Assembly (NCBI GenBank): GCA_035297125.1
Contig: DATGZQ010000068.1
Coordinates: forward strand, 17,095-81,094
Direction of reading: 5' to 3'
Length of the DNA stretch: 64,000 nt
DNA from: Thermoplasmata archaeon
Lineage (GTDB): Archaea > Thermoplasmatota > Thermoplasmata > Lutacidiplasmatales > UBA184
Part shown: one piece after another, positions 41,983-56,320 of the stretch
How positions within the stretch are numbered: the stretch's first letter is position 1
Layout of the letters: each line of letters starts with the position of its first letter
Program-made: the position numbers and the translations under genes
Notes under the pieces: model-generated
What the model was told of the DNA's origin: nothing
The model's database searches: none
What the model saw: the letters and a program-made list of their open reading frames with translations, nothing else

Positions 41983-44118
41983 ATGACGGTAGGCCGTTCG
42001 CCCGAGCTCAACGAGTTGTTCGAGCCGAAGTCGGTGGCGGTGATCGGCGCGTCGAACCGACCCGGCAAGGTCGGGACCAGTCTCTTTCGCAACATCCTGG
42101 GAAGCGGGTACCAAGGGGTCGCCTATCCCGTCAACCCGTCGTGGAAGAGCGTCTCGGGCGTCCGGTGCTATCCGGACGTCCGCTCGCTGCCCGAACCACC
42201 GGAGCTCGGTGTGGTCATCGTCCCGGCGGCCGCCGTCGCCAGCGCGGTCGACGAGCTCGGCCGCGCGGGCGCGAAGGGCGCGATCGTCATCTCGGCCGGT
42301 TTCCGCGAGGTCGGCGACGCGGGAGCTGCGCTGGAAGCCCAGGTCGTCGCGCGCGCCCGCGAGTACTCGATGTCGTTGGTCGGGCCGAACTGCTTCGGGG
42401 TCTTCAACACCGACCCGACGGTCGGCCTGAACGCGACGTTCAGCGAGTCGCTTCCCCCGGTCGGCAACATCGCGTTCGTCTCTCAGAGCGGGGCGCTCGG
42501 CGCGGGGATTCTGGCGTACGCCGCCTCCGAACGGATCGGCTTCTCCCGGTTCGTCTCGGTGGGAAACCGCGCGGGGGTCGACGAGAACGATCTCTTGACC
42601 TCCTTCGACCGCGACCCGCGCACCCGTGTGATCCTGCTGTACGTCGAGAGCCTCGCGAGCGGTAGACGGTTCCTCGAGGCGGCGCGGGACGTCACCGAGC
42701 GCAAGCCGGTCCTGGTGATCAAGAGCGGCCGGACGATCGCCGGGGAAAGGGCGGCCAAGAGCCACACCGGTTCCCTCGCCCAGTCCGGGCGCGACCAGCT
42801 CTACGACTCCGTCTTCGCCCAGTCCGGGGTCCAACGGGTCGACTCGCTGGGCGACCTCTTCCGGCTCGCCAAGATCTTCTCCAGCGGGCTCGAGCTGGAC
42901 GGGCCGCGTCTCGCGATTCTCACCAACTCGGGGGGACCCGGCATCGTCGCCGCGGACGCCGCCATACGGCAGGGGCTAGAGCTGCCTCCGCTCGACGAGG
43001 GCCTCCGCGCGACCCTCGCCGCGCGCCTCCCGTCAATCGCTACCGTCTCCAACCCCCTCGACATGACCGCGGAGGTCGACGCGGACGAGTATCACCGGAC
43101 CCTCCAGGCTCTGCTCGGGCAGAGCGACGTCGACGGCGCGCTCGTCGTCTCGACCCCGGCCGGACACGTGACGGGCGAGGCAGTGGCCACGGCGATCCTC
43201 CAGGCGAAGGCGACGACGAAGAAGCCGATCGTGGTCTGCCTGTTCGGGGTCAACGACCTCTCGACGGAGGTCGCCTTCCTCGAGAAGCGCGGCGTGCCTA
43301 CGTACACGTTCCCGGAGGAGGCGGTGGAAGGGCTCGGAGGCCTCGCGCGCTACCATGCGTGGAAGTCTCGCCCGCACGACCCGGTCCGCTCGTTCCGAGT
43401 CGACCGTGCCAAGGCCGAGAACGTCCTCGGACGCGGGAAAGGGGCCGGCTTATCGGTCCTACCGGAGTACGCCGCCCGGGGCCTCCTCGAAGCGTACGGT
43501 ATCACCTTCCCCCCCTCGACCCTAACGACCACGGTCGAGGAAGCCGTTTCCGCCGCGGCGCGGATCGGCTATCCGGTCGTCCTCAAGGTCGCCTCACCGG
43601 ACATCTCTCACAAGACGGACGTTGGCGGTGTCGCCCTCGGTCTCGGGGACGGGGCGGCCCTGCGTGCGGCGTGGGGGCGGATGGACCGCTCGGTACGCGC
43701 TGCGGCCCCCCGGGCGAAGATCGATGGCTTCGAGGTCGAGGCGCAGGTCCCGGCCGGCAAAGAGGTCCTCATCGGGATTCAACGCGACCCGAACTTCGGC
43801 CCGATCGTCGTCTTCGGGATGGGCGGGATCTACGTTGAGGCGCTCCGGGACGTGACGTTCCGCCTTGCGCCGATGCGGCCGCTCTCGGCACGGACCATGA
43901 TCGAGTCGGTTCGAAGCTACCCGCTCCTCACGGGAGTGCGGGGAGAACCTCCGAGCGACATCGCGGCCCTCACCGAGGCGATCGAGCGGGTCTCCCAGCT
44001 TGCGGTGGAGTGTCCCGACGTTGCCGAGCTCGACCTGAACCCGTTGATCGTCCGTCCGGCCGGGCTCGGCGTGATCGCCGTGGACGCGCGGGTCGTCCTC
44101 GCTCCGCCTTCCAGATAG
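41983..44118 (+). CDS. acd: ADP-forming acetyl/acyl-CoA synthetase (fused alpha-beta, NDP-forming family)
   Basis: LFEPKSVAVIGASNRPGKVG, VNPS, GPNCFG and SQSGALG motifs, with a C-terminal ATP-grasp-like half. Confidence 0.85.
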   Translation: MTVGRSPELNELFEPKSVAVIGASNRPGKVGTSLFRNILGSGYQGVAYPVNPSWKSVSGVRCYPDVRSLPEPPELGVVIVPAAAVASAVDELGRAGAKGAIVISAGFREVGDAGAALEAQVVARAREYSMSLVGPNCFGVFNTDPTVGLNATFSESLPPVGNIAFVSQSGALGAGILAYAASERIGFSRFVSVGNRAGVDENDLLTSFDRDPRTRVILLYVESLASGRRFLEAARDVTERKPVLVIKSGRTIAGERAAKSHTGSLAQSGRDQLYDSVFAQSGVQRVDSLGDLFRLAKIFSSGLELDGPRLAILTNSGGPGIVAADAAIRQGLELPPLDEGLRATLAARLPSIATVSNPLDMTAEVDADEYHRTLQALLGQSDVDGALVVSTPAGHVTGEAVATAILQAKATTKKPIVVCLFGVNDLSTEVAFLEKRGVPTYTFPEEAVEGLGGLARYHAWKSRPHDPVRSFRVDRAKAENVLGRGKGAGLSVLPEYAARGLLEAYGITFPPSTLTTTVEEAVSAAARIGYPVVLKVASPDISHKTDVGGVALGLGDGAALRAAWGRMDRSVRAAAPRAKIDGFEVEAQVPAGKEVLIGIQRDPNFGPIVVFGMGGIYVEALRDVTFRLAPMRPLSARTMIESVRSYPLLTGVRGEPPSDIAALTEAIERVSQLAVECPDVAELDLNPLIVRPAGLGVIAVDARVVLAPPSR

Positions 44119-44476
44119 GGACCGTCGCCTTGAGCTCGTCGATCAGGTAGCGCGCCGCGTCGAACGCTTCGGCACGGTGCGCGCAGCATGCCCCCGCCAC
44201 CACCGCGATCTCGCCGACCCGCACCCGGCCGAGCCGGTGCCAGAGGACCAGTCCGCCCGCGCCGAACCGTCGGCGAGCAGCCCTCTCGATCGCCCGGAGC
44301 TGGGTGAGCGCGGGGGCGACGTCGACCTCGTAGTCGAGCGCGACGACGCTCGAGCCGCGCCGGCGGTCCGGTCGCACGCGTCCGGCAAAGACGACGACCC
44401 CGCCGCCCGGCCTCGAGGCGAACCACGTCTCGGCCGCAGCGACCGTGAGCTTCCGGCGGGTCAACCGGACGACCAC
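43970..44476 (-). CDS. moaE: Molybdopterin synthase catalytic subunit MoaE
   Basis: VVVFAGRVR...ALDYE...LWHRLGRVRVGEIAVVAGACCAHRAEAFDAARYLIDELKATVPIWKAE. The GTG start lies 3 nt after the moaD stop. The R-rich tail overlaps the acd 3' end. Confidence 0.75.
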   Translation of the reverse strand: MVVRLTRRKLTVAAAETWFASRPGGGVVVFAGRVRPDRRRGSSVVALDYEVDVAPALTQLRAIERAARRRFGAGGLVLWHRLGRVRVGEIAVVAGACCAHRAEAFDAARYLIDELKATVPIWKAERGRPARPRRSRRARPDGRSTGSGRARQRRDTPPQAGRPARSPR

Positions 44477-44478
44477 GG

Positions 44479-44736
44479 CTAGCCGCCTCCGTACGGTGGG
44501 TGGACCGCGAACTCGTCGCCGGGCCGCAGCGCCTCTCCGAGGTCTCGGAGGTAGCGGTCGTTGCGCAGGAAGCGGCTCACCCGTAGCGTTGGGGCGAGGC
44601 GGGGGTACGCCTCCTCGAGCGCGGCGACAAGCTCCCGGGCGCTGATTCCCTGCTCGGGCGCCGGCCACGAGAGGGTTGCGTGGCCGACCACGACCCGCGC
44701 CGTGGCGAAGAGGCGCACGCGTATCGGGCGGCTCAC
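44479..44736 (-). CDS. moaD: MoaD/ThiS-family sulfur carrier (possible SAMP-type modifier)
   Basis: 85 aa ending HPPYGGG, with a beta-grasp-like pattern. Confidence 0.75.
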   Translation of the reverse strand: MSRPIRVRLFATARVVVGHATLSWPAPEQGISARELVAALEEAYPRLAPTLRVSRFLRNDRYLRDLGEALRPGDEFAVHPPYGGG

Positions 44737-44847
44737 GGCACCGGACTGACGCCAGCCCCCGTAACTCTTGCCCTGCCCGCCATCACGAAAGGGTTCGCCC
44801 GAACGGGGATCTCCCCGTCCGGGCGACGCAGTGCCACCCCCACGCGG

Positions 44848-45546
44848 CTAGTAGGGGAGCACCTTCTTCCCACCGTGATGCGCCGCGGTGAGGGTAGCGG
44901 TCGCGGCGTACCAGGCAGCCGCCCCGGTGAGGAAGGTTACGATACCCGTGGCCTCCCAGAGGCCCTGGCTAGGAACCTTGCCCGCGCCCAGCATGCCGTA
45001 GTCGATCGCGAGCAGGATGAACGCGAGGACCAGCACCCAGAACACGAACATGATTGCCGGTCCGTGATAATGGGAATTGATGGCGAAGGAGAACGCGAAC
45101 ATCCCCCAGACGATCATGAACCACATGACGTTGTACGCCCCGCCCGGGCCGAGAGACCCGGAGATCAGCCCGCTGGCGAGCAGCGTGAACGCCCACCAAA
45201 ACGCGCCGAATCCCATGAACGCGGAACCGGGGAAGATCTCGCCCCGTCGCATCATGATGACACCCGCCACGAACTGCGCGGTCCCCCCGAACGCCATGGC
45301 CATCGGGAAGACCGCCGCGTTCGTGACGCCCCAGTTGGCTCCGTTCGACGCGATCGCGGCGCCGGCGAGCATCGTGGTCATTCCAAAGCCGGTCAGACCG
45401 ACCACGCTCGCGGGCGCCCAGAACGGGTCCCTGACACCTTCCGGCGCGCTCGAGGTCGACACGCAGCGGCGCAGACCCACGGTATAGAAAGGCGTTGCCA
45501 CGTCCCTCGGGAACGAGCCCCTTCCGGTGGCGCGAGGAGAGGTCAA
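44848..45546 (-). CDS. satP: GPR1/FUN34/YaaH (SatP-type) acetate/succinate channel
   Basis: Six TM helices with FGGTAQFVAGVIMMRRGEIFPGSAFMGFGAFW. The start may be internal. Confidence 0.8.
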   Translation of the reverse strand: MTSPRATGRGSFPRDVATPFYTVGLRRCVSTSSAPEGVRDPFWAPASVVGLTGFGMTTMLAGAAIASNGANWGVTNAAVFPMAMAFGGTAQFVAGVIMMRRGEIFPGSAFMGFGAFWWAFTLLASGLISGSLGPGGAYNVMWFMIVWGMFAFSFAINSHYHGPAIMFVFWVLVLAFILLAIDYGMLGAGKVPSQGLWEATGIVTFLTGAAAWYAATATLTAAHHGGKKVLPY

Positions 45547-45617
45547 ACGGGCTTGACCACTTCGGCCCGCGATTCAGTTAATACCGCCCTCCGGTCACAC
45601 ACAAGGGAGGCACGAAA

Positions 45618-47735
<2,118 letters not shown>

Positions 47736-48100
47736 CGGAGGGGCGCGTCATCCTATCGCCCCTCGCCCGGTGGTCCGGCCGGAGCGTTCCTTCCCTTGGC
47801 GCAGGGGGCGGCATGGGTCACCTCCGCGGCGGCCCGCCATAACCCTCACTCGGCAGAACCAGCTCGGCTTTCTGTGGCGCACGTGACCGATCGGTCGAGG
47901 AGGATACTTCATCGCCGGTACCTCCGTTCGAAGCGTCCGTTCGACCCGCGGACTCTCAGGTATGCTTTCGTTTGACGAAAGACGAATAAGGGCAGGACTC
48001 GGTTTGTAGGTACCGTGAGCGTCCGTCCGACCCTTCGCCTTGCCTCCGTAGAAGCCCAGCCGACGGCGGGGCGCGGACGCCTGCGCACTAGGGCTCTTCC

Positions 48101-50023
48101 ATGAGCGTGGAGGGTCGTGCGATCGTGAAAGCCAATCTCTCAGAACCGCCCGAATGGGTCGAGCGGTACAAAGAAAAGGTCCGCGATCCGGCCGAGGCCG
48201 TTGCTGCCATCGAGAGCGGGAACCACATCTTCATCGGGTCCGGGGCCGCCGAGCCCCAGAGGCTCGTGGAGGCGCTCGTGAAACGCGCGGACGCGGTCTT
48301 CGGTGCGGAGATCGTCCACATCATGACGTTGGGCCTCGCGCCGTACACCGAGCCGAAATGGGGGGACAACTTCCGGCACAATGCCCTCTTCATCGGTCCG
48401 AACGTTCGAGAGGCGGTCGCGCAGGGTCGCGCGGACTACACCCCCATCTTCCTCAGCGAGATCCCGCGGCTCTTCGAGAGGGGCCGGGTCTCCATCGACG
48501 TGGCGCTCATCGAGGTGAGCCCGCCGGATCCCCACGGCTACTGCTCCTACGGCGTGAGCACGGATGTCGTGAAGCCCGCGACGGAGGCTGCCCACCTGGT
48601 CATCGCCGAGGTCAATGCCCAGATGCCGCGCGCGCTGGGGGACTCCTTCCTGCATGTGGACGACATCGATTTCCTCGTCCCCGTCGACTACCCGATCCTT
48701 GAGGCCGCGATCGGAGTGCCGGACGAGATCGCACGGCTCATCGGCAAGCAGATCGCGAGCCTGGTCGAGGACGGGTCGACCCTGCAGATGGGCATCGGGA
48801 CGATCCCCGACAGTGTCCTCTACTACCTGAAGGACAAGAAGGACCTCGGGGTTCACACGGAAATGTTCTCGGACGGGATGATGCACCTGGTCGAGCTCGG
48901 GGTGATCACGAACATGAAGAAGACGCTCCACAAGGGCAAGGTAGTCGCGGCCTTCTGCATGGGGTCGAGGAAGCTCTACGACTTCGTCGACAACAACCCG
49001 TTCATCGAGTTCCATCCGGTCTCGCATACCAACGACCCCTTCGTGATCGCGCAGAACGATCGCATGGTGTCGATCAACAGCGCCCTCGAGATCGACCTGA
49101 CCGGGCAGGTGTGCGCGGACAGCCTGGGGGCCTACTTCTACTCGGGGATCGGCGGACAGGTCGACTTCGTGCGCGGCGCCTCCCGATCGCACGGAGGCAA
49201 GCCGATCATCGCGCTGCCCTCGACGGCCTCGGACGGCAAAGTCTCGAGGATCACGGCCCAGCTCAAGCCCGGGGCGGGGGTCGTCACGAGCCGTGGAGAT
49301 GTCCATTACGTGGTGACCGAGTGGGGGATCGCGTACCTGCACGGCCGTACGATCCAAGAGCGCGCGCTTGCCTTGATATCGATCGCTCACCCCGACTTCC
49401 GGCCCGGCCTGATCCGGGAGGCCAAGCGGCTCAAGTTCATCCCGGAGGACGTCCCGGAGATCGGCGTCGTCTACCCGGCACAATGGTCGACGACCCACAC
49501 GTTCCTTGGCGGCACGCGCGTGTCCTTCCGCCCGATCAAGAGCACGGACGAGGAGATGATGAAGGACCTGTTCTACCGTCTCTCGGAGCAGACGGTCTAT
49601 CAGCGGTTTTTCCAATCCCTGAAGTCCATGCCCCACCGGGGCCTCGTTCATTTCGTCCACGTCGATTTCTCGAACGAGATGGCGATTGTCGGCGTCGTGC
49701 AGGATCCCCAAAAGCCCGAACGGGAGGAGATCATCGCGGTGGGTCGCTACTTCATGAACCGTTCGACCAACATCGCAGAGGTCTCCTACCTCGTTCGCGA
49801 CGACTACCAACGGCGCGGCATCGGGTCGTTCGTCATACGGTACCTGGCGCGAATCGCCCGCAACAGCGGTGTCGAGGGATTCGTGGCCGAGATCCTGCCC
49901 GATAACGCGGCCGCGATGAAGGTCCTCCACAAGATCGGCCTGCCCGTGGAGACGGTCATCACGGAGGGCAGCTACCAGTTGTCCGTGAGCTTCCATCGAC
50001 CGACGGCGATGGCGAAGGCCTGA
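48101..50023 (+). CDS. Acetyl-CoA hydrolase/transferase-family domain fused to a C-terminal GNAT acetyltransferase domain
   Basis: The N-terminal ~450 aa carries IFIGSGAAEPQ, MGIGTIPD, HTEMFSDG, ALEIDLTGQV and GIGGQVDFVRGA. The C-terminal ~165 aa has the GNAT core VRDDYQRRGIGSFVIRYLARIA. Confidence 0.8.
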   Translation: MSVEGRAIVKANLSEPPEWVERYKEKVRDPAEAVAAIESGNHIFIGSGAAEPQRLVEALVKRADAVFGAEIVHIMTLGLAPYTEPKWGDNFRHNALFIGPNVREAVAQGRADYTPIFLSEIPRLFERGRVSIDVALIEVSPPDPHGYCSYGVSTDVVKPATEAAHLVIAEVNAQMPRALGDSFLHVDDIDFLVPVDYPILEAAIGVPDEIARLIGKQIASLVEDGSTLQMGIGTIPDSVLYYLKDKKDLGVHTEMFSDGMMHLVELGVITNMKKTLHKGKVVAAFCMGSRKLYDFVDNNPFIEFHPVSHTNDPFVIAQNDRMVSINSALEIDLTGQVCADSLGAYFYSGIGGQVDFVRGASRSHGGKPIIALPSTASDGKVSRITAQLKPGAGVVTSRGDVHYVVTEWGIAYLHGRTIQERALALISIAHPDFRPGLIREAKRLKFIPEDVPEIGVVYPAQWSTTHTFLGGTRVSFRPIKSTDEEMMKDLFYRLSEQTVYQRFFQSLKSMPHRGLVHFVHVDFSNEMAIVGVVQDPQKPEREEIIAVGRYFMNRSTNIAEVSYLVRDDYQRRGIGSFVIRYLARIARNSGVEGFVAEILPDNAAAMKVLHKIGLPVETVITEGSYQLSVSFHRPTAMAKA

Positions 50024-50104
50024 GGTCGAACCGGTGCACCGCGGAATGGCGGCCGTGCCGGGGGGCGATGGAGGGCGTTTCCCCCTCGATCGCTCGGGCG
50101 CGCG

Positions 50105-51274
50105 ATGCGGTCGTACCGAGTGCGCTGGATGACCGCCACCGGACTGGCCGTGGTTTGGGACCCTAGGTTTCGGTCGTACGACTTCGGGGGGGATCACCCG
50201 TTCAACGAGGCGAGCCGCGAGCTTGCCGTCCGCCTCTTCGAAAGCACTCTCCTCCCAGAACAGCGGTCGTCGATCGACTGGCAACGCAAGGTCGAGCCCG
50301 CGAAGACCTCCACGCTGCTCTCGTTCCACGAGGCCGGCTACCTCGAGCAGATCCGCTCCGCCAGTCGGGCCGGGGACCGTAGATCACTCGACGGCGGGGA
50401 CACACCCGCCTTTCCGGACTGCTTCGAGGCATCGGCACGGATCGTCGCCGGGACAGAACGAGCCGTCCGGCTCGTTCTGGAGCGCGGGGGCACCGCCTTC
50501 GCTCCAGCCGGAGGGCTCCACCACGCCCACCGCGATCGAGCGAGCGGATTTTGCATATTCAACGACGTGGCTGTCGGGATCGCCGCGGCCCTCGACGCCG
50601 GCCGTCGAGTCGCGTACGTCGACATCGATGTGCACCACGGCGACGGGGTCATGTACGGATTCTACGGCACAGGGCGGCTACTCGACGTCGACATTCATCA
50701 GGACGGCCGCACGCTCTTCCCTGGGACCGGTCGCGTCACCGAAACCGGGACGGGGGATGGAGCCGGACTCAAGGTGAACGTCCCGTTGCCCCCGGAAGTG
50801 GGAGACGAGGCCTTGGTTCCGCTGGTACGGCGGATGCTGCCCCCGTTGATCCGGGAGTTTCGACCCGACCTCTTGGTCGTTCAGCACGGTGTCGACGGGC
50901 ACTGGGGGGACCCGCTCGCGCAACTCCAGTTCACCCCGGCGGGCTACGCTGAGGTCGACCGGATGCTCGTCGAACTCTCCCGGGAGTTCGGAGGGCGCCT
51001 GGTCGTCACCGGCGGTGGGGGATACCAGGCCAGTAACGTTGCCCGGACTCTCGCACGAACCGCCTTCCAACTCGCGGGGCTCAAGATTCCGTCCGACGAC
51101 GCCCCCCTCCCCGATGACTGGAGAGTGGAGTTCTTCGAGGCGTTCGGATCATCGGCCCCGTCGCGTTGGGTCGACCCACCCGCGCTCCTGCGCTCTCCGT
51201 GGGGGTCCGCCGCCGAGGAGCGACTGGTCCGGAGCATCGAGGATGCTCTCGGCCGCCGTTTCCCAGCGGCGTGA
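50105..51274 (+). CDS. Histone-deacetylase-family (AcuC/AphA-like) Zn-dependent deacetylase
   Basis: GGLHHAHRDRASGFCIFND, DIDVHHGDG and GGGGY motifs. Confidence 0.85.
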   Translation: MRSYRVRWMTATGLAVVWDPRFRSYDFGGDHPFNEASRELAVRLFESTLLPEQRSSIDWQRKVEPAKTSTLLSFHEAGYLEQIRSASRAGDRRSLDGGDTPAFPDCFEASARIVAGTERAVRLVLERGGTAFAPAGGLHHAHRDRASGFCIFNDVAVGIAAALDAGRRVAYVDIDVHHGDGVMYGFYGTGRLLDVDIHQDGRTLFPGTGRVTETGTGDGAGLKVNVPLPPEVGDEALVPLVRRMLPPLIREFRPDLLVVQHGVDGHWGDPLAQLQFTPAGYAEVDRMLVELSREFGGRLVVTGGGGYQASNVARTLARTAFQLAGLKIPSDDAPLPDDWRVEFFEAFGSSAPSRWVDPPALLRSPWGSAAEERLVRSIEDALGRRFPAA

Positions 51275-51393
51275 CGGCGTGGTTCCGAAAGCCGGCACCG
51301 GGGGTACGACGCCTCCCCGCCGAACGCAAGGGCTTTCGGGCAACGGCCGGCGCACCCCAGCCGATTAATAGCCTCCGGAACTGATTCATCGCC

Positions 51394-53134
<1,741 letters not shown>

Positions 53135-53148
<14 letters not shown>

Positions 53149-54034
53149 GCCGGCCCCCGTGCCCACGGGAATGGGCGTCGCGCTCCCGATGGTCGGCAAG
53201 TCGTCCATCCGGCCGACCTGGTGTCCGGGGTGCGGCGACTTCGGCGTCGTCGCGGGGATCGAGATGGCCCTGAAGCGCCTCGCCATCCCGAGCCACAACG
53301 TCGTGATTGTGTCGGGGATCGGCTGTTCCTCGAACCTCCCGCATTTCCTCTCTTCCTACGGGTTCCACGGCATCCACGGGCGATCCATGCCGGTGGCGGA
53401 AGGGATCCGCTGGGCGAACCACGGACTCACCGTGATCGGCACGGGAGGGGACGGCGACGGGTTCGGCATCGGGGTAGGGCATTTCATCCACACGATGCGT
53501 CGGAACGTCGACATCACCTACGTGACGATGGACAACGAGATCTACGGGCTGACGACGGGCCAGGCGAGCCCGACCTCCACGATGGGCCACCGTACGAAAT
53601 CTACCCCGAACGGGGTGATTGAGAACCCGATCGACCCAATCGCGCTCGCTCTCGCGAGCGGCGCCACCTACGTCGCCCGTGGATTCTCGGGGGACGTCAA
53701 GCACCTCACCGACCTGGTCGCCGCGGGGATCCAGCACAAGGGGTTCGCGTTGGTCGACGTCATGAGCCCGTGCGTCACGTACAACAAGATCAACACCTTC
53801 GATTTCTTCCGCCAGAGGGTCTACAAGCTTGAGAGCGCCGGCCACGACCCGACGGACATTGTGACGGCGTGGGAGCGCTCCCTCGAGTGGGGCGACAAGA
53901 TCCCGATCGGGCTGTTCTACCGGACCGACCGGCCGACGTACGAGGACCTCGAGGAGGTCCTGCACGCGGGCCCCCTCGTCAAGCAACCCGCGGGGATCGG
54001 CGGCAACACCACCCTCCTCGATGAGTTCGTCTAG
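53135..54034 (+). CDS. korB: 2-oxoacid:ferredoxin oxidoreductase beta subunit (TPP-binding)
   Basis: WCPGCGDFGV, GIGCSS and GGDGDGFGIG motifs. It overlaps korA by 14 nt. Confidence 0.9.
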
Positions 54035-54056
54035 AGCGCGCCCGTTCTGCGGGGTC

Positions 54057-56096
54057 CTAGGTCACCGCGAACAGGTACGCGTCCGCGTCGTGGAAGTCCT
54101 GGTGGAACTTCGCGGAATCGGCGAGCATCGGCGCGGGCGAGAACGCGGGCCAGAGGATCGTGTTCTGCATCGTGACCGCGATGTACTCCACGCTCAGGGC
54201 CGTGAGCGACGCGTTGCCGAGAGCGTTCAGCGTCCCATTGGTGAGCTCGCTCACCACCTCGGTGTAGGATGCGTTGACCCAGGCCCATCCGGGCTCCATG
54301 GGGTAGAGAAGGACGATGTCCGGGGCGTACCCGGGAAGGAACTCGGCCGCGCTTCCGGGCGCGACCAGGACCCGGCTCCCCGCCGGAAGGTCGGATGCGG
54401 CGGCTTGGAGCAGGGCGAAATCCCCCGCGGAGACGTTGCCGAAGTCCCGGTAGATCCTTCCGAGCCCCGGGGCGAGCGACGTGGGTGTGAGCACGATCCC
54501 GGGGACGACGAGCAGTATGGCCACCGTCAGCAGCACCGCGGTCGAGGCAAGCGCCCGGGTCTGCGCGCGGGTTCGTGGGGTCCCGGGTGTCCGTTCCGGA
54601 GGGGTCGCCGCGGCGGTCCGGGGGGCGGAAGCCGCGAGTCTCTCCACGACGAGGATCAGGGGGATCGCGGCGACGAGGGCGTAGACCGAGAACAGCCAGA
54701 GCGTCAGCTCCTGCGCGCTCGTCAGGTAGGCGAGGACCCGCACCGGTGATCCGTCGCTCCCCGCGTCGACCAGGAGACCCAGCCACGCCGCGATCGTGAC
54801 GCCTGCGGCGAGGGCCCAGCGTCGGAACGGGCCCAGGTACCGGCCAAGCGCGGACGTGCGGCCCACCGCTACAAGGATCAACAACCCGAGGACGAGGAGC
54901 AACGCGAGCTCGATCCGGATCGAAGCGAGCGGGGAAAGCTGCACGTCTCCGCCGCGGAACAGGAACGGATCGACGCTCCCGACCCACGTCGCACCCGTGA
55001 TGCCGACCGTCGACCCGGGGGGAGGTCCCGCAGCTCCGGGGACCAGGATGGGGCTCGTCCGCCCGAGCACGAGGACGTAGAGCGAGGGAACGATCGCGAC
55101 GAGGGACACGGCAAGGGTGAGCGCCCAGCGGCCCAGCCATCGCGCCGTCGCGCCTCCGAACGCGGGGCGTCCGACGAGGCCGATGACGACCAGCGCCGGG
55201 AGCATCCATTCGGCGCCCACCGGGTTGATCGCCGCCGAGTAGCCGAGGAGAACCCCGAACCCGATCGCATCCCCACGACCTGGGGTCCCACGGAGCCAGA
55301 CGGTGGACTGGGCCGCAAGGAGCAGGACCAGTGGGAATGCGACCACGAGGTCGTTGCTACCTGCGACCAGTGTCCGGGTCCCCGGCCCCAGCCAGGCGAG
55401 GACGATCGCCACGACGGCTCCCGCCCGCTCCGTTCCGAACATCCGCCGCCCGAAGACGAAGCCGGAAAGGGGCGCGAGCGCGAAGAACAGCGGCGTCACG
55501 AGGAGGCTCGTGCGGGCGGGCGGGAGCCCGAAGGAGATCTGGGCCCACCCGAGCCACGCCGTGATCCCCTGGGGATAGACAATCATGGAGGCGGAGTAGG
55601 GGCTGAACGAAAGGGGGAGGGTATGGTGCTGGAGCAGCAGCGCCGTGTAGGATGTCAGGAGACTCGCGTCGTAGGTATTGCCCGTCGGTACAGGGAGGGC
55701 CACCGCGAGTTCTACTAGGTAGAGCCCCAGCGCGGAGGCGATCGCCACGAGGACCCAAGGGCGGCCCAGTCGGGCGAATGTGGCCTCGATCGCAGGGCGG
55801 TTCCCCGCCCGTCGCAACCGCGCGACCAGGAGCACGAGGGCTCCCGCGGCAAGAATGGGGATTCCGAAAACGACCGGGTCGGTGAACGCTCCGATCGGAA
55901 GCGCTGCAACAAGGTAGAGGAAGGCGCCCCCGAGGTAGACGTCGAGGATCCCGCGTTCCAGGGGGTCGGCGGAGCGCCACTGGGGCACCCAGCGCGAGGC
56001 AACGACCCGGACCGCCTCGCCCGTGACGGCGGCGACCAGGGCCCAGAGAATGAGGGCGAGCGCCCAAAGGGCGCCCGGCGGCCCGGGGAGGGTCAC
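54057..56096 (-). CDS. Large polytopic membrane protein (about 14 TM plus a ~150-aa extracytoplasmic C-terminal domain), putative GT-C/Wzy-like glycan-handling enzyme
   Basis: Hydrophobicity pattern, and a C-terminal domain with N-x-S/T sequons. The function is inferred only from topology and the flippase neighbour. Confidence 0.55.
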   Translation of the reverse strand: MTLPGPPGALWALALILWALVAAVTGEAVRVVASRWVPQWRSADPLERGILDVYLGGAFLYLVAALPIGAFTDPVVFGIPILAAGALVLLVARLRRAGNRPAIEATFARLGRPWVLVAIASALGLYLVELAVALPVPTGNTYDASLLTSYTALLLQHHTLPLSFSPYSASMIVYPQGITAWLGWAQISFGLPPARTSLLVTPLFFALAPLSGFVFGRRMFGTERAGAVVAIVLAWLGPGTRTLVAGSNDLVVAFPLVLLLAAQSTVWLRGTPGRGDAIGFGVLLGYSAAINPVGAEWMLPALVVIGLVGRPAFGGATARWLGRWALTLAVSLVAIVPSLYVLVLGRTSPILVPGAAGPPPGSTVGITGATWVGSVDPFLFRGGDVQLSPLASIRIELALLLVLGLLILVAVGRTSALGRYLGPFRRWALAAGVTIAAWLGLLVDAGSDGSPVRVLAYLTSAQELTLWLFSVYALVAAIPLILVVERLAASAPRTAAATPPERTPGTPRTRAQTRALASTAVLLTVAILLVVPGIVLTPTSLAPGLGRIYRDFGNVSAGDFALLQAAASDLPAGSRVLVAPGSAAEFLPGYAPDIVLLYPMEPGWAWVNASYTEVVSELTNGTLNALGNASLTALSVEYIAVTMQNTILWPAFSPAPMLADSAKFHQDFHDADAYLFAVT

Positions 56097-56271
56097 GGAG
56101 GGTCGACCCGCCCCCGGGTTAAAGGAACGACCGGGGCGGGGAACTGAACGGACTCATGGGTCGGCCGCTGCCCGCATCGGGCGCCCAGGTCGCCCGACCC
56201 CCATCGGTCCGCAGCTCGGGGAGCCGCCCTTCCGGGGTCGTATATCCGACGGCGGATGGGGGGGTGTGCCC

Positions 56272-56279
56272 TTTATAGG
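56272..56279 (+). promoter_or_regulatory. TATA-like box (tttatagg) upstream of CTYGxC protein 1
   Basis: It lies 49 nt upstream of the ATG at 56321. Compare tttacatag, 55 nt upstream of the paralogue. Confidence 0.35.
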
Positions 56280-56320
56280 GGACTTCGACTGAATCGTAAG
56301 GGAGCGCGGTAGCAGCTACC

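Noticed and set aside
47736-48100. 54-aa minus-strand ORF (MKYPPRPIGHVRHRK...) in the acs/GNAT spacer
   Set aside because: It is highly basic with an R/G/P-rich composition and no upstream signal. It is probably spurious.
54031-56067. 392-aa, 236-aa and other ORFs in alternative frames over 54.0-56.1 kb
   Set aside because: They are off-frame shadows of the 679-aa polytopic membrane protein gene. Their products are R/P/G-rich, unlike the hydrophobic true frame.
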